Below are positions 50,988 to 64,000 of a stretch of DNA of 64,000 nucleotides, piece by piece. The DNA comes from Piromyces finnis finn. Lineage: Eukaryota > Fungi > Neocallimastigomycota. The stretch spans positions 124,001 through 188,000 of the forward strand of contig MCFH01000063.1 of the NCBI GenBank assembly GCA_002104945.1, given 5' to 3'. The notes under the pieces were generated by a model that saw only the letters and a program-made list of their open reading frames with translations, searched no databases and had not been told where the DNA came from. The number at the start of each line of letters is the position of its first letter. Position 1 is the first letter of the stretch. A program made the translations under genes and the position numbers.

Positions 50988-53657
50988 TTAATTTAATGAG
51001 AGAATAGTATTTAACATTAAAGAATAGACTTTTTCTAAAAAGTTAAGATAATCTTTATTCTTTATATCAAATAACTCATTAAAGATAGACTCTCCACCAT
51101 TTTCTTTAATATAATCAACCATAGAATAAAATGCTTCTTCCCAACTATAATGATACATTGTAAATAGAGAGTTAAATTCTTCTTTAGCATCATTGAGTTT
51201 TAAAATTTGCATAAGTTGGCAATTTCCAAGCAATACATTTATGAATTCGGCATAGATTTGAACTGAATTACCAAATTGAGATATATCATTATGAATTTTT
51301 TTTGGGAGCTTGCTTCTCTTTAGTTTAAGGCTTCTGTTATAATGCTTTGTTAATATAGTAAAAGTGTTGCTACAATCCATTTTATTTTCTTTTAAATTAT
51401 TTTCAATAGAAAAATTAGATAAATTTTTTGGAATGTCTTTTACATACTTTCTACTTTTGATATAGATTGATTTATGTAAATAGGAAAATGATAATGCTGC
51501 CACACATGATGCTACTAGAGCTTCGAATTCATAGGTATGAAGAACCGTCGTTTTGGTATTAGAAATATTTTTTTCATCAGGGATATTCCTTTCATTGTTA
51601 TTTTTATATGTATTATAGAATTGGATATAAGAATTGCTACTACCTTCAGGAGCAAAGGTATTATTTTTAATTTTTTCAATTAAATAGAATCGAAGATTAG
51701 CTACTCCTACCATAAGATAATAAGGTAATTTTTTAATTGAATCAATATTACTATGAAAAGTATCTAAATATTTGATAAATTTTTCCTCTAGAGTGGTTGG
51801 GAATGTTTTTGTTGAATCAATAGGAATAATTATTTCCTTATGAGCAATTTTATTATCATCTGTATAATATTCTAAAATAGAATATTCTTTTGGTATTGTA
51901 TTATTATTGGATTGAGTTTTATTTGTTGCTGTTGCTGTTGCTGTTGCTGTTGTTGTTGTTGTTGTATGGGATGGTTTATATTCTTGATAATTTCTTAAAA
52001 GTAATAATTCATAAAGCTCAAGTCTTAATTTTTTTGTTATTAACCAACAATTTTCTTTATTTAAATTTTCAAAATATTGAGTACATTTATAAAAATGGTT
52101 ATACAAAACTTTTAAATATAAATAAAAAAAAAGATTCTTTAGTTTAACAATAATTATTATTTCCTTTTTAATTATAAATTATAAATGCTAGATAATAGGT
52201 ATTAAGTGATACATTACCATTTAATAATAAATCGTATATTTTACCGTTATAATAACTATGAAGAATATCTTTATTAATACATTTTATATCCGTATATTTT
52301 AGTGCTGTTAAGTTATATTCATTGACTGAATTTACTAAATTGGTGTAACACAATTTTTCTAAATCTTCATTTTTTTCCTTATTTTTAAATTTAAATAATT
52401 CACTAATAATTAATTTTTGTTTTTCTTCAACAGAGGTATCAGGAGAAGAACATTTTTTATCTACATTTTCTTTAATTTCTAATAAAAATTTTGAGACACT
52501 AATATATTTATTACTCTTGACATCGTCACCATCCCTATTATTATAATGATTTATTTGACTTAATAAAGATGGATATTTACTAAGTGTAAAATAGTCATTA
52601 TCACATAAAGTTGCAAATATTGGTAAATATTCCTTAGAAATTCCCAAATATTCGGTAAGAGCGGTATTTTTATAGATTTTATAATATATTTTACTAGATT
52701 TTTGAGTAAAAGTAAATATTAATGATTCTATATTAATATATCCTGGTATATCATAAATATAAAAATCAGAATCATTACTAATAACATAACTTTTTTATTT
52801 TTAATCAAATGATATATATTTTTAAAAAAATATTTTAGTTATGAATAATATATATGAATATATATAATAGTAATAAATAAATTAAAAAAAAAAAGTGTTT
52901 TAGTTATAAATGGTATGAATAATATATAAATAATAAAAATAATAACTAATATAAATAAAAAGAATTTTATCTTACCCATTATATTTTTTGGCTAAATATG
53001 CAATATCAGAATCGGCTTCAAATAAAGAAAATCTTACATCAAGTTTTTTTAAATAATCCTTTGCATCAAATAACAATTGAGCATAAGCCACTTTTAATAA
53101 TGGTGTAGCACAAATCTTTTCTGGTTTTAAGAAACCATTCTTTTTTTTGTTTGAAACAATTTTATTATAAAATTTTTTAATAGATTTAACTCTTTTATCT
53201 GCCCTACCTAAGTTTGTATTTTTTTTAATATCAGTATCCATACCATCAAATACAAAGAATATCTTTTCAAGATTGTTGATAGCTAATAATTGAAAAAGAT
53301 ACTATATATTGATTAAGATAAAAAATAAAAAAAAAAAAAGAGAATTATTTTATTTAGAAAAAAAATCAAACCCTTTTGAATCGTGAAAAATATTATTTAT
53401 ATGGAGTAATAAAAAACCTTTTTTAGTAATTTGAAAAAAGATATATTATCAAAAACAAACCATTTTAATTGGTTTGCTAAGTAATAAAAAAAGGAGTTTG
53501 CATCAATAATTAAATTTAATTCATTTTTTTCATTCTTATTATCCATAGTGTATTCATTATTTTGTAATTGATAGTATTCCTTTTTGTCTATATTCCAGTG
53601 AGAATGTTCGAGTTTTATATTTTTTGTCATAAAAGCATTAAGTTTCTTTACACCCAT
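50988..53657 (-). CDS. Asteroid/XPG-like PIN-domain nuclease family protein, multi-exon
   Basis: MGVKKL start, LIIDANS, FVFDG, FEADSDIA, VISNDSDF and FATLCDNDY match the XPG-N/I acidic motifs, followed by a long C-terminal exon. Confidence 0.8.
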
Positions 53658-56600
53658 TTTTAAAAATATCAAAATTTATTAATATGGAATTTACAATAAG
53701 CAAAAGTAAAAAAACTCTTTCACTTTATATATATGCCTTTTCTTTTGGACATACATATAAATTGAAAAAAGAAATTTGGACATATAATTAAAAAATTGGT
53801 TAATATAGTAATAATAAAAAAAATATAAAATGCTATTAGAAAAAATTTTTTTCTTGTATAAATGATAAAATCTTTTTAATACCATATTTATATAATAAAG
53901 TTTTTTTAAATTTTTTAAAAGTAAAAATGGTAAATATATATAATTATTATTAAATTCTTTATGTATATTATATTTAAATTTAAATATTTATATGGAAAAA
54001 GAAAGGAAATAGTTTCTTTTTTTCTTTTTTTTTTTTGTATTATAAAAAGATTTATTTAATATTAAAGGAATGGAAATGTTTTTTAAATTATAATAATTAA
54101 ATCTAACCCTATTCAATAAATAATTTTAAAAGTGGATTATTCATTATTCTATTACAACGATGTACAACGATGTACAACAAATATAAAATAAATTAAATTA
54201 TATAAAATGGTCATAAAAACCTTAATTAGTAATATAATTGAATATTACTATAAATGTTATATAAACATAAATTAATGTAATATTGGAATAGATTATCATG
54301 TAGTTTTTAGTACATTTTATTTAGTACATTAATGTATTTATCATATTTTTATAATTATGTGATAAAGCATTTATAGTAATTATAGTATTTAATATATAAA
54401 CAGATAAACAAACTTTATAGTTAGACTTTAGTATAAATTAATAGAAAATAGAGTAAAGGAGTCTTTATCTAAGAATATAATAGTTAGGAAAAGACATTCT
54501 TACGCTCATATAATATTAAGAATGTATTTGAATAATTTATAAAGTATAAAAGACAACCCACAAATCCTGAGTCAATTAAACTAGAGTTGTATCACTATAT
54601 AATTACAACTTTTAAATATTTTAAATTTTATCATCAAATACTTTTTTTTTTGATAATAAAATAGAAATTTTGTAATAAAGAAATGAAATGTGTTTGTTGA
54701 AAATGCATTTTTCTATTTAAAAATAAAATAAAATAAAAAAAACCTTTTCAAGATTGATACCACTATTAATTTTTTTTTTTAATTATTGTATCAAAGAAAA
54801 TGAATTTTTTCCGATGTTAATAAAGTACAATAATAACATTTAAAACTTTAATTTTCATATGAATACAAAAAATTAATTTATAAAGATTATGAAAAAAAAA
54901 AAAGATGAAATATTTATTTAATCATAAAATAAAAAGATAACTTTCTTTAATTGAAAATTTTTTTTAATTCTATAAAATATGCCTTTATTTAACTGCATGA
55001 ATAGATAATATTTTTTTTTCTCCATGCAGTCAGATAAAGAAGACGTTTTTCCATTTCAATTTTCAATTTTAGTCACTGGCTAAATATAATAAAATATATG
55101 CTTATTAATGTGATTTCCAATATTTCTTTTATAAATTAAAATGAATATTTTGAATATTTCAATTTTATATATTAATTTATTAATAAATAATTATTAATTG
55201 AATAGGAACCTTAATTATTATTAAAATATTATTAAAATATTAATTATCCATATTAAAAATATCTTTATTTAAATTTTTTAATTTATAATTTCAAACATTT
55301 TTAAATATCTTTAAAATATATTATTTTTAATATTTATTAAAGTTTAACATCAAAAAATAAAACATTTTGTTAATTTAAAAAATAAATTAAAACTTGATTA
55401 AAAAATTTTAATTTTAATGAGCTAGAACTAGAAACAAAAATATACCAAATATAGTAAATTAATATTATAAATTAGGAAATGTTACATTTTTTAATTTATT
55501 TTAATATTTCATACGACATAAATCCAAAGTTGAAAAGGAAAAATAAATTGGTATTTACAAAAATATTTTATTTTTAGTAAAGCAGGTAATTAAAAGTAAA
55601 ACTTATTAAATAATAATAAAACCTGTAATATAATAAAATAATGGATTTCTTTTTTCTATTCTTCTTCATCACTATTTATATTAATATAATTGAAAAAATA
55701 ATCATAATTTTATTTTTATTTAAATGAATTAAATTGTTTGTAATGAAAACATTATGAAATGTAATATAAATAAAGAGTATTATTCATTTTATCTTTTTCA
55801 TTGGTAATCATTTTAATATAAAGCTAATTAATTAGTTTTAATTAAAAATTATAGGTCAATTCATTTTATTAAAAGGATGTTGGCTAGTTCTTTTTATTTA
55901 TCTAACATATTCATTTAATTCTATATCTATTTATATTTTATGCTATTATACTATTCTTATTTATGTACTAACTAGTTTACTAGTTTTATTGTTTTAATGC
56001 TTTATTTCTTCATAATAAAAGTAGAGGAAGGTTGTTACTAATTCATCTTTTTTTTATCATTTCAAAAATTATTTTTTTAATGGTATCGGAATTCAAAAAA
56101 AAAAGAGTACAAAATATTAAAAGATCAACAAACTTTCTTTTATGAATTTTAAATTTCAATTAAAAACAATAGTAATGAAATGATTATCCAAATCGATAAA
56201 AAATGAATGAATAAAATAAATAAATTATTATAAATAAATGAATAAAAAAGTAATAAATGAATAAATAACTATGTTCTAAATGATATTAAATAAATGAATA
56301 CATTATAATAATTATAAAAAAATAAATAATAGATGGATAGATAATAATTTATAACAATACCATTTAATCATTATAATTTAAAGTATGAGTAAATTAATAT
56401 AAATTTTTTTTTTATCAATAAAATATTATAATTTTAAAACATTAATAAATAATAATTAAAAAGAATATGTGATAATACCTTTATGTGTTTTAAAATATTC
56501 ATTTCATTTTAATTCTATTTTCAATAAAGTAAGTGATAAATAAATAAAAAAAAAACCAAAGAATCTAGCTTTTTTTAATACAGTTTTTTTATTATTATTT

Positions 56601-57704
56601 ATTCATTCTTTATTTTTGTATTGTTCTTTTCCACCTACTAAAATTCAAGTTCATAATGATTGAGATGGAAGAGCCAAATTGTGAAAATATTTTTTATAAT
56701 AATTAAAGTTTTTCATTCATGTTTAATTGGTTTTACCCACACATTAAAAATCTTCGGGTTTTCTAGGCCAAAAAAATTTTTTTCATTTATCCATTTCATT
56801 ATATTAACTTTGGATACAACCTTAAAAATTATCAAAAAAAAAAAAAAGTAAGCACATTTTTAACTTTAAATTAGTAAAATGCAAAGCAACTTTATACACT
56901 TTTATTAACATTTCAAAGTTAAACATTTTCATATATAAAAAAAACTTTTTAAATATTATTATTAGTTATAATAAATAATATTAAAAATAATAATAAAACA
57001 ATTCTATTCTTTTTTTTTTTTAAATAGTTTCATTTTTGAAATAAATTTTCAATATTCTTTTTTAATTAATCGTAAAACCAATGTAAAAAACATATTATAT
57101 ATATTAAAAATTTTAAACTTTAATAAATAATATTTTGTTAGTTTTTTTTTAGTTTTAGCCATGGAAGTTTGGCTAGATTTTTTTTTAATTATTAATTAAT
57201 AGAAATAAATAAAATTTAATTTATAATAATAATATATTAAATTTAATATGTTTAATGTTTTAAAAAAAAAAAAAAAAACAACTTTTTATTAATAAATAAC
57301 AATAGTTACCTACTTACCTACCTTTACCTATAACTTTATTTATACTTCATAATACTAATTTTTATTTATTACTAATTAATCGTAATTATTAATAAAATGT
57401 AGTTATATAATTCTTTATATAAGTAATAATTAAATTTAATTTATCTTACCAAAAAACAGTAATTTTTGAATGAATATAAAAAGAAGTGAAAAAGTCTATT
57501 TTTTTTTTTTTTATTTTGTTTATTTTGTAAAATTATTCCTATTAAACTAATAATAATAATAATAATAAAAAGAAATAATTAATTTAAGAATATTTTGTAT
57601 AAAGATAAAAAAGAAAACAAATAAAAAAAATATTTATTAATATTTTTTTTTACACTTACACTAGTAGTATTTTTGTATTATAAAAACCAAAAACAAAAAA
57701 AAAA

Positions 57705-59030
57705 ATGTCTCAGGAAACTATAAATACTTTATATACTAACAATTTATCCGACAAGTATGTTGAAACTATATATGTCAATGATAAAAATGGACATTTATAT
57801 CAAGATATTAATGAAAAGAATTTTGTAGGAGCAAGATTAATTATGATTATTATTATTCTTAGTTGGTGGTTATATGGAAAATACGCTTATTTATGTATTC
57901 GTGGTTTAATAAGACACAAAAATTTCAATTTTATATTCCCATTTACAGCTGCTATTTTTGCTTTTGCTAACAATACAAATGATATTTTCCATTTTATTTA
58001 TCATCCAAAAAATTGCCATCCATTTTGGATTATATTTACTGCTTCAGCAACTTTAAATTGGGCTCCTATTTCTTGGTTACAAGCTTATCGTTTAATTCTC
58101 ATTGCTAAAATTTATTTATCAAAAAAGGGTTATTACTTTATAAGTTTTCTTGCTGTTGCTTTCAGTGCTACCTATTCTACTTTTTACTTCCTTAATCTTA
58201 ATGCATTTAACAGTGAAAGAAACTTTACTAATGGTTGCTCTCCAACTAACCCAGGTACTTACACTCGTCAAGTCATGATTTTTGATATTATTGATTCTGT
58301 ATTTTCTATTGCAATGCTTTGTGTTTTGGTTTACAGATCTGTAAAGAATTTAAAGGAAATGAATACAAGAAATGAAAGATTAAATGATTTAGTCGGACAA
58401 GGTGTCATTGAATTAATTATTATTGGTATTGCTAAAGTTATTATCTATCCAATTATTATTGCTACCTCTGAAAAGCCAGGTTTTGATTGTTTCTGGGATA
58501 TTTTATCAGTTATTGTCATTATCAGTGCCTTTAAGATGGTTAACTTTCCTTATGAAAGAAATGATTTCGATAAACAAAGACGTAATAATTTAAGAAAACG
58601 TGTCTTTAATTTCATTGACTCTAACGTTGGTAAATCAAGCTCCAACGAATTCCTTGGTAGCAGTATGTATAATAAATTTCCAAAGATTGAAACTAGTAAT
58701 GGTTATAATTCTCCAAATAAGGAATATAGTTCTTCTTACAGTGTAAATAGTTCAAATTCTACAGCTTACAGTCCAAATTACAATTCAAATTTCAATCTTT
58801 CTGACCCAAAATCTTACAAACCAATCATTAAGAATGACATATTTAATAATCCAAATTATAACTATAATAATTTAAATAGTAATAATAATAATGCTAATGC
58901 TTTCAATAATGCTACTGCTGCTACCACTACTACTACTACTACTATTAATACTACTACAAATGCTACTATAAATAATAATTCTTACAATTTAAAATATAAT
59001 TCTCTTAAAAGAAATAATTATAACGTCTAG
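57705..59030 (+). CDS. Orphan 7TM (GPCR-like) membrane protein with a low-complexity C-tail
   Basis: Seven hydrophobic segments in residues ~43-282, Cys before TM3 and in ECL2, N/S/T-rich tail; single ORF. Confidence 0.7.
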   Translation: MSQETINTLYTNNLSDKYVETIYVNDKNGHLYQDINEKNFVGARLIMIIIILSWWLYGKYAYLCIRGLIRHKNFNFIFPFTAAIFAFANNTNDIFHFIYHPKNCHPFWIIFTASATLNWAPISWLQAYRLILIAKIYLSKKGYYFISFLAVAFSATYSTFYFLNLNAFNSERNFTNGCSPTNPGTYTRQVMIFDIIDSVFSIAMLCVLVYRSVKNLKEMNTRNERLNDLVGQGVIELIIIGIAKVIIYPIIIATSEKPGFDCFWDILSVIVIISAFKMVNFPYERNDFDKQRRNNLRKRVFNFIDSNVGKSSSNEFLGSSMYNKFPKIETSNGYNSPNKEYSSSYSVNSSNSTAYSPNYNSNFNLSDPKSYKPIIKNDIFNNPNYNYNNLNSNNNNANAFNNATAATTTTTTTINTTTNATINNNSYNLKYNSLKRNNYNV

Positions 59031-59700
59031 AAGAGGACAGTGAAATGAGTAAAACAACAACAAAACAATATTTTAAAAATTCATTTTTGAAAAAATTAAA
59101 GATAAAAATAAAAAAAGAATGAAATAATACCTTTCATTTTAGATTTTATTTTTATTTTTGTATAGTAGTTCTGAAAAATAAATTTTAAATTTTATAATAA
59201 ACTATCCTATTTATAGATAATTACTAAACCATTAGAATATAGCTATAAAATAAAATATAAAATATAAAAAATATAATAATATATAAATTAAGAATGCATA
59301 ATTATATATATAATAATCATAGATATTATAATTATTCTATGATATAATAAGTAATCTCTTGAAGGGAAAACTATTAATTCATTATAGCATATAACTATGT
59401 ATAATTAAAAATTTTATCATAACATTTATTTCTTTAATGTATTATATTATTAAATCTAATAAAATAGTAACTCATATAATTTAAGCAAATTTAAAAAATA
59501 CAAATAAATAAAATATTAAAGAATATTAAAAAAAAAAGAATATTTCATTTTATTTTTTGCATTGTTACTATAATTAATAAATATAAAAAAAAAACAATGA
59601 TTTTGATAATAATACTAATAATACTAATAAGAATAATAATTATAATAATATTAATACTAATACTAATACTAATAAGAATAATAATTATAATAATACTAGT

Positions 59701-59994
59701 ACTAATACTAATACTAATACTAATACTAATACTAATACTAATACTAATACTAATACTAATACTAATACTAATACTAATACTAATACTAATACTAATACTA
59801 ATACTAATACTAATACTAATACTAATACTAATACTAATACTAATACTAATACTAATACTAATACTAATACTAATACTAATACTAATACTAATACTAATAC
59901 TAATACTAATACTAATACTAATACTAATACTAATACTAATACTAATACTAATACTAATACTAATACTAATACTAATACTAATACTAATACTAAT
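59701..59994. repeat. (ACTAAT)49 hexanucleotide microsatellite
   Basis: 294 bp of uninterrupted repeat with degenerate flanks. Confidence 0.97.
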
Positions 59995-62973
59995 AAGAAT
60001 AATACTACTAATAATAATAATAATGATGATGATAAATAATAAAGACTGCTATAACATTATAACTATATTACTACATCTACATCCTAATATTAAAATGGAA
60101 AAATTCACTTTCTAAAATATTTCAAGAATATTCTTGTATATTATAACAATGTGGTATATAAATTTAAATTTATTTAATATATTATTTAATATATATTAAT
60201 TAAAGTATATGTTGATTTTGATTGATGATGAACAATTAGAAGACTATGTAAATGCCATGAGTAGTATTTATGAATATATGATGATATCAAATAAAATAAA
60301 CAATTAAATAAATAGACAGTAGTGGATAGAAAAGGAGAAATTCAAAATATTAAAGGTGTTGGCAATGTAAAAATAGCATCAATTTGTGATCAAATTTATC
60401 AATCAATCCAAAAACAAATCAGATAAGAAAGCATTAAAAGCATTGATGAAGACACTTTCTCAAAAACAAATGAATATTTTAGATTTTTCTAAATTATTAT
60501 TAAAATCAATTGACTTTGATTTACAATCATTAGAAAATTCATCAGAAAATATATTTGAAAGTCTTTTTTCAGGAATGGATAAAATGCATGATCAAATAAA
60601 AACAGGAATAAAGATCTTTCGAATATTTCTAGCGAAGATATTCTTCAATATTCAGAAAATACGATATTAAAAAGTATAATTAAAACACCCAAGATTAATG
60701 ATATCTTTGTCAAGTTTATTGAACCCATAATAAAAATAAAATTGATTCTATGAAGAAAGGAATATCGGAATGTATGATTAAATTATTTGCAGTCAACAAT
60801 AATTTTCCAAAAAATATGAAAATGTAATCAATTCATCGAATGAAGACAATAGCATTGAAGATGCATTAATTGGAAAAACATAAATACATAATCCTTTTTA
60901 GTAAAATATTAATAATTGTAAAGCTTAAAAAATTAATATATATATTCAATAATTCAATATTGATATTAATTTATAGTAAATGCTATGCAATCTCAATATA
61001 ATAAATGTTTAATCTGTTAAAAAAATATCACCACATTTAAAACAAAGTATTTTAAAAGTAGTAGTATCAAATTTTAAATTAAACTATTTAATTAGTATCA
61101 AGTCTTTATACCTTTTTAGGTTTAAAACTCTTTTTTATTTAAAAAAAAAAAGGGGGAAATTTTTTTATTTTGAGTACTTTCAAGAAGCTAATAGCTAAAA
61201 AAAAAAGTGCCTAAAATAAGAAAATAAATCCATTTATATTATTTATATTATTATTATATATTTATAATATAAAAAGCGATAAATTAAAAAATAATTTTAA
61301 AACAACTTTCTGAAACATTTTTTATTGGATGTTTTTCTTAAAAAATGTTTACAAACCTTATTTATTATTAAATATTTAATGAATAGTAGGATGTAAATTA
61401 AAAAATTTAAAAAATTTTAAAGTTTTATTTTTCATATAAATTAAAGTTTATATTCAAAATGTTTTAAAAAATTTTTAATTTAATTAATACAAATAACTTT
61501 AATTTATATTAAAAAATAAAACATCTTAATTAATTTCATAATAAATGAATTTTTAATTAAAAAAGTATTGACATTTTATTTTACTTTATAAAAATTTGTT
61601 TTTGAAAAGCTTTTTGTATTATAGATTTTAGATAAAAATATAGTATTATTATAATTATTCTTAAAAATGTTCATCATGATATAAATAAATAGTATATAAT
61701 ATTAATATATAAATATAATTTATATACTAATTAAAAATGTAATTATAATTATTTTTAATTAACAAAAGTTTAATCTTCTTTCTTAGCCATCATTATATTA
61801 TAATTAATATTAAAACTTTTTAATGTTACACTAATTTATTTAATTAATTAACAATATATTAAATTTAATTATGTAATATATAATAAAAGTTAAGGTAAGA
61901 GTGTGACACAAAAACGAATTTAAAGAAAATGAGACAAAAAATGTATTATTTACAAAATTTTATGTTAGTATAAAAATAAAATAATGATTTAAAATGGATT
62001 ACAAAGTATCATAATGTAAATATTAGTTTCACTCTTTAAAAAGTTCATTGATGTTAATTTATACAATTTGCATATATATATAAACTAATAATTAGTATAA
62101 AAGTTAAAGACATATTAAAAACTTATTACGTTATTAATAGAAGCTATTTTAATTTTAATAGTATTTTTTTTTAAAATAAAAATTTTATTCCTCTATCAAT
62201 GAACCTTTGCACTTTTTTAAATTTAAATTATTTTTAACCAATAAAATTAATGGAAATTTGTAAAAGTTAAAAAAGTTTTGAAAAAAAGAAATAATGAAAG
62301 CTTTTATAATAATTATTATTTTCATTTGGTATATTACAACTATAAGTGAAAATAAATGTGTAATTTTTATTAATAAGAAATATTTATGATTTTATTTTTA
62401 TTTATTGAAAGGTTAAATAATAAATAAATAAAAAAAAACTTTATTCAAATGATTTTGAGCTATCGGTTAATGCTACATCATTCAACTTTTTGCATTGACT
62501 ATTAATATCTTTTCATTAAAAAAAAAAAAACACCTAATGATTTGAATTGCTAAAAATTCAATTGATCACTCTAGCTTTTTTATTACTATAAAATACAAAT
62601 AGAATCAAAAGGTATCAAAAATGACTTTTTAGGTTCATCTCAAAATGAAAGCTCAATACTACATTTATTACTTGAGGAAATTATCGAAATTTTGTATTTA
62701 GCAAAAAAAATATTAAAATATTTATTACTATTATCTTTATTTATTAATAATAACAACATCAATAACAATATTGTCATTATTATTATAGTTATAGTTAATA
62801 TTAATATTCTCTTTCAATTCATATTTCTTTTTAAATTCATATGAGAATAAAATTTATATTAATAACTAACTAAATAACTAACTAACTAACTAAATAAATA
62901 AATAAATAAATAAATTTTAATATACTAAATGACTAATTAAATTTTTATTAAAAAAATTCAAAATTCAAAATTC

Positions 62974-63005
<32 letters not shown>

Positions 63006-63223
63006 AAATCTTAAAAAAAAAAAAAAACATTTTTCGGTTGAATCTTTTGAATCAATTAAAAAATAAAAATAAAAATAAACCGAAAAATAGAAATAAGAAT
63101 AAAAATAAAAATAAAAATAAACCGAAAAATAGAAATAAGAATAAAAATAAAAATAAAAATAAATATAAAATATAGAAAAAAATTAATGTATTATATGTAT
63201 TATAATAATTAAAAGTTAATATT

Positions 63224-63849
63224 ATGAAAACAATATCAAGTTTGTTTGTATTATTTTTCTTTTTTGCTTTAGGCTATGGTACAATAATTTGTTATTGATT
63301 CTAAATTCATTATATAATTATATGTATATTTATTCTAATTTTAATAATGCATTATAATTAATTACATATTTGTTTTTTTACTATTATGCAATCATTTATT
63401 TTAATTTAAAATTGTAATTTTTATATAAAAATTAGCAAAAAATTACAAATTCAATGTTGTTTCTATTTTAGGGGAAAATTCATTTATAGGTGTTAAATAT
63501 GGCAATGTTATAACACCTTTAACACCACAACCATTTCCATGTAAGAATGTATAAAAATATTATTTTTGATATATTATATTTAAAATTCCAAATGTTTATT
63601 CAAATAATACATAAAAATAATTATTGAAAATGTTTTTATAATTATTAATAAAAATTTCTTTTGACGGTAATATATATACCAAAAAAAAAAAAAAAAAAAA
63701 AAAATAGTATTTAGTGGTTTAATAAATGCTGATAAAATTGAAGAATATAAATATGTCGAACTTAACAGTCTTGGAAATGTTGTTGGTGAAGAATCTTTAA
63801 CTAGAACATATTCTGATGAAAATTCAAAAATTAATGAAGTATATAATAG
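63224..63849 (+). CDS. 5' exons of a secreted protein, probably CotH-kinase family (partial)
   Basis: Signal peptide MKTISSLFVLFFFFALGYG. Spliced exons give ...PFPLFSGLINAD..EYKYV....EESLTRTY....INEVYNR, which resembles from recall the N-terminal domain of gut-fungal CotH proteins. The kinase domain lies beyond the window. Confidence 0.55.
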
Positions 63850-64000
63850 GTAACTATTCGTGATTTTGATGATAGTCTATTTATTTATTATGGAAGTTTA
63901 ATCATTTTTATAATTCATTTTGAATTATCATAATTTTAAAATTTTAAAATCTTAAATTTAAAACAACAACAACAACAACAACAAAAAAAAAAAAAAAAAA

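Noticed and set aside
59597-60115. 172-aa (IL)n ORF
   Set aside because: Translation of the microsatellite.
60200-60900. Coding-like fragments including an IKGVG (HhH-like) motif
   Set aside because: Multiple stops and frame changes; no family can be supported.

Overview
Extremely AT-rich eukaryotic DNA with short GT-AG introns. The gene families and base composition point to an anaerobic gut fungus (Neocallimastigomycota); this is an inference. Bases 1-17,954 are a nest of four Ty3/Gypsy LTR elements. A (+, runs off the left edge) is inserted into the 3' LTR of B. B (-, one premature stop) is inserted into the pol of C. C (-) has a gag-pol junction with a canonical -1 frameshift signal. D (+) is intact, with near-identical LTRs and a TATAT target-site duplication (TSD). 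B and D have Tf1-type self-priming sites instead of a tRNA primer-binding site (PBS), and the LTR of A carries a tRNA-Gln-like cassette. Next come an initiator tRNA-Met, a secreted Asn-rich repeat protein with a Cys6 tail, a 5'-truncated SINE, an intronless bacterial-type ribokinase and two tandem beta-helix/EGF/class-C GPCR genes. The four ORFs at 40,578-49,417 reconstruct into one intronless ~2,414-aa gene: two sacsin-like GHKL-ATPase repeats plus a C-terminal NOV_C/DUF3883-type nuclease (a Tiamat/NO VEIN-like architecture). It is broken by a SINE, a solo LTR and two A-run frameshifts. The right end has an Asteroid/XPG-like nuclease gene, an orphan 7TM protein, an (ACTAAT)49 microsatellite and the start of a probable CotH-family gene. 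No database searches were run; family assignments come from motifs recognised by eye.
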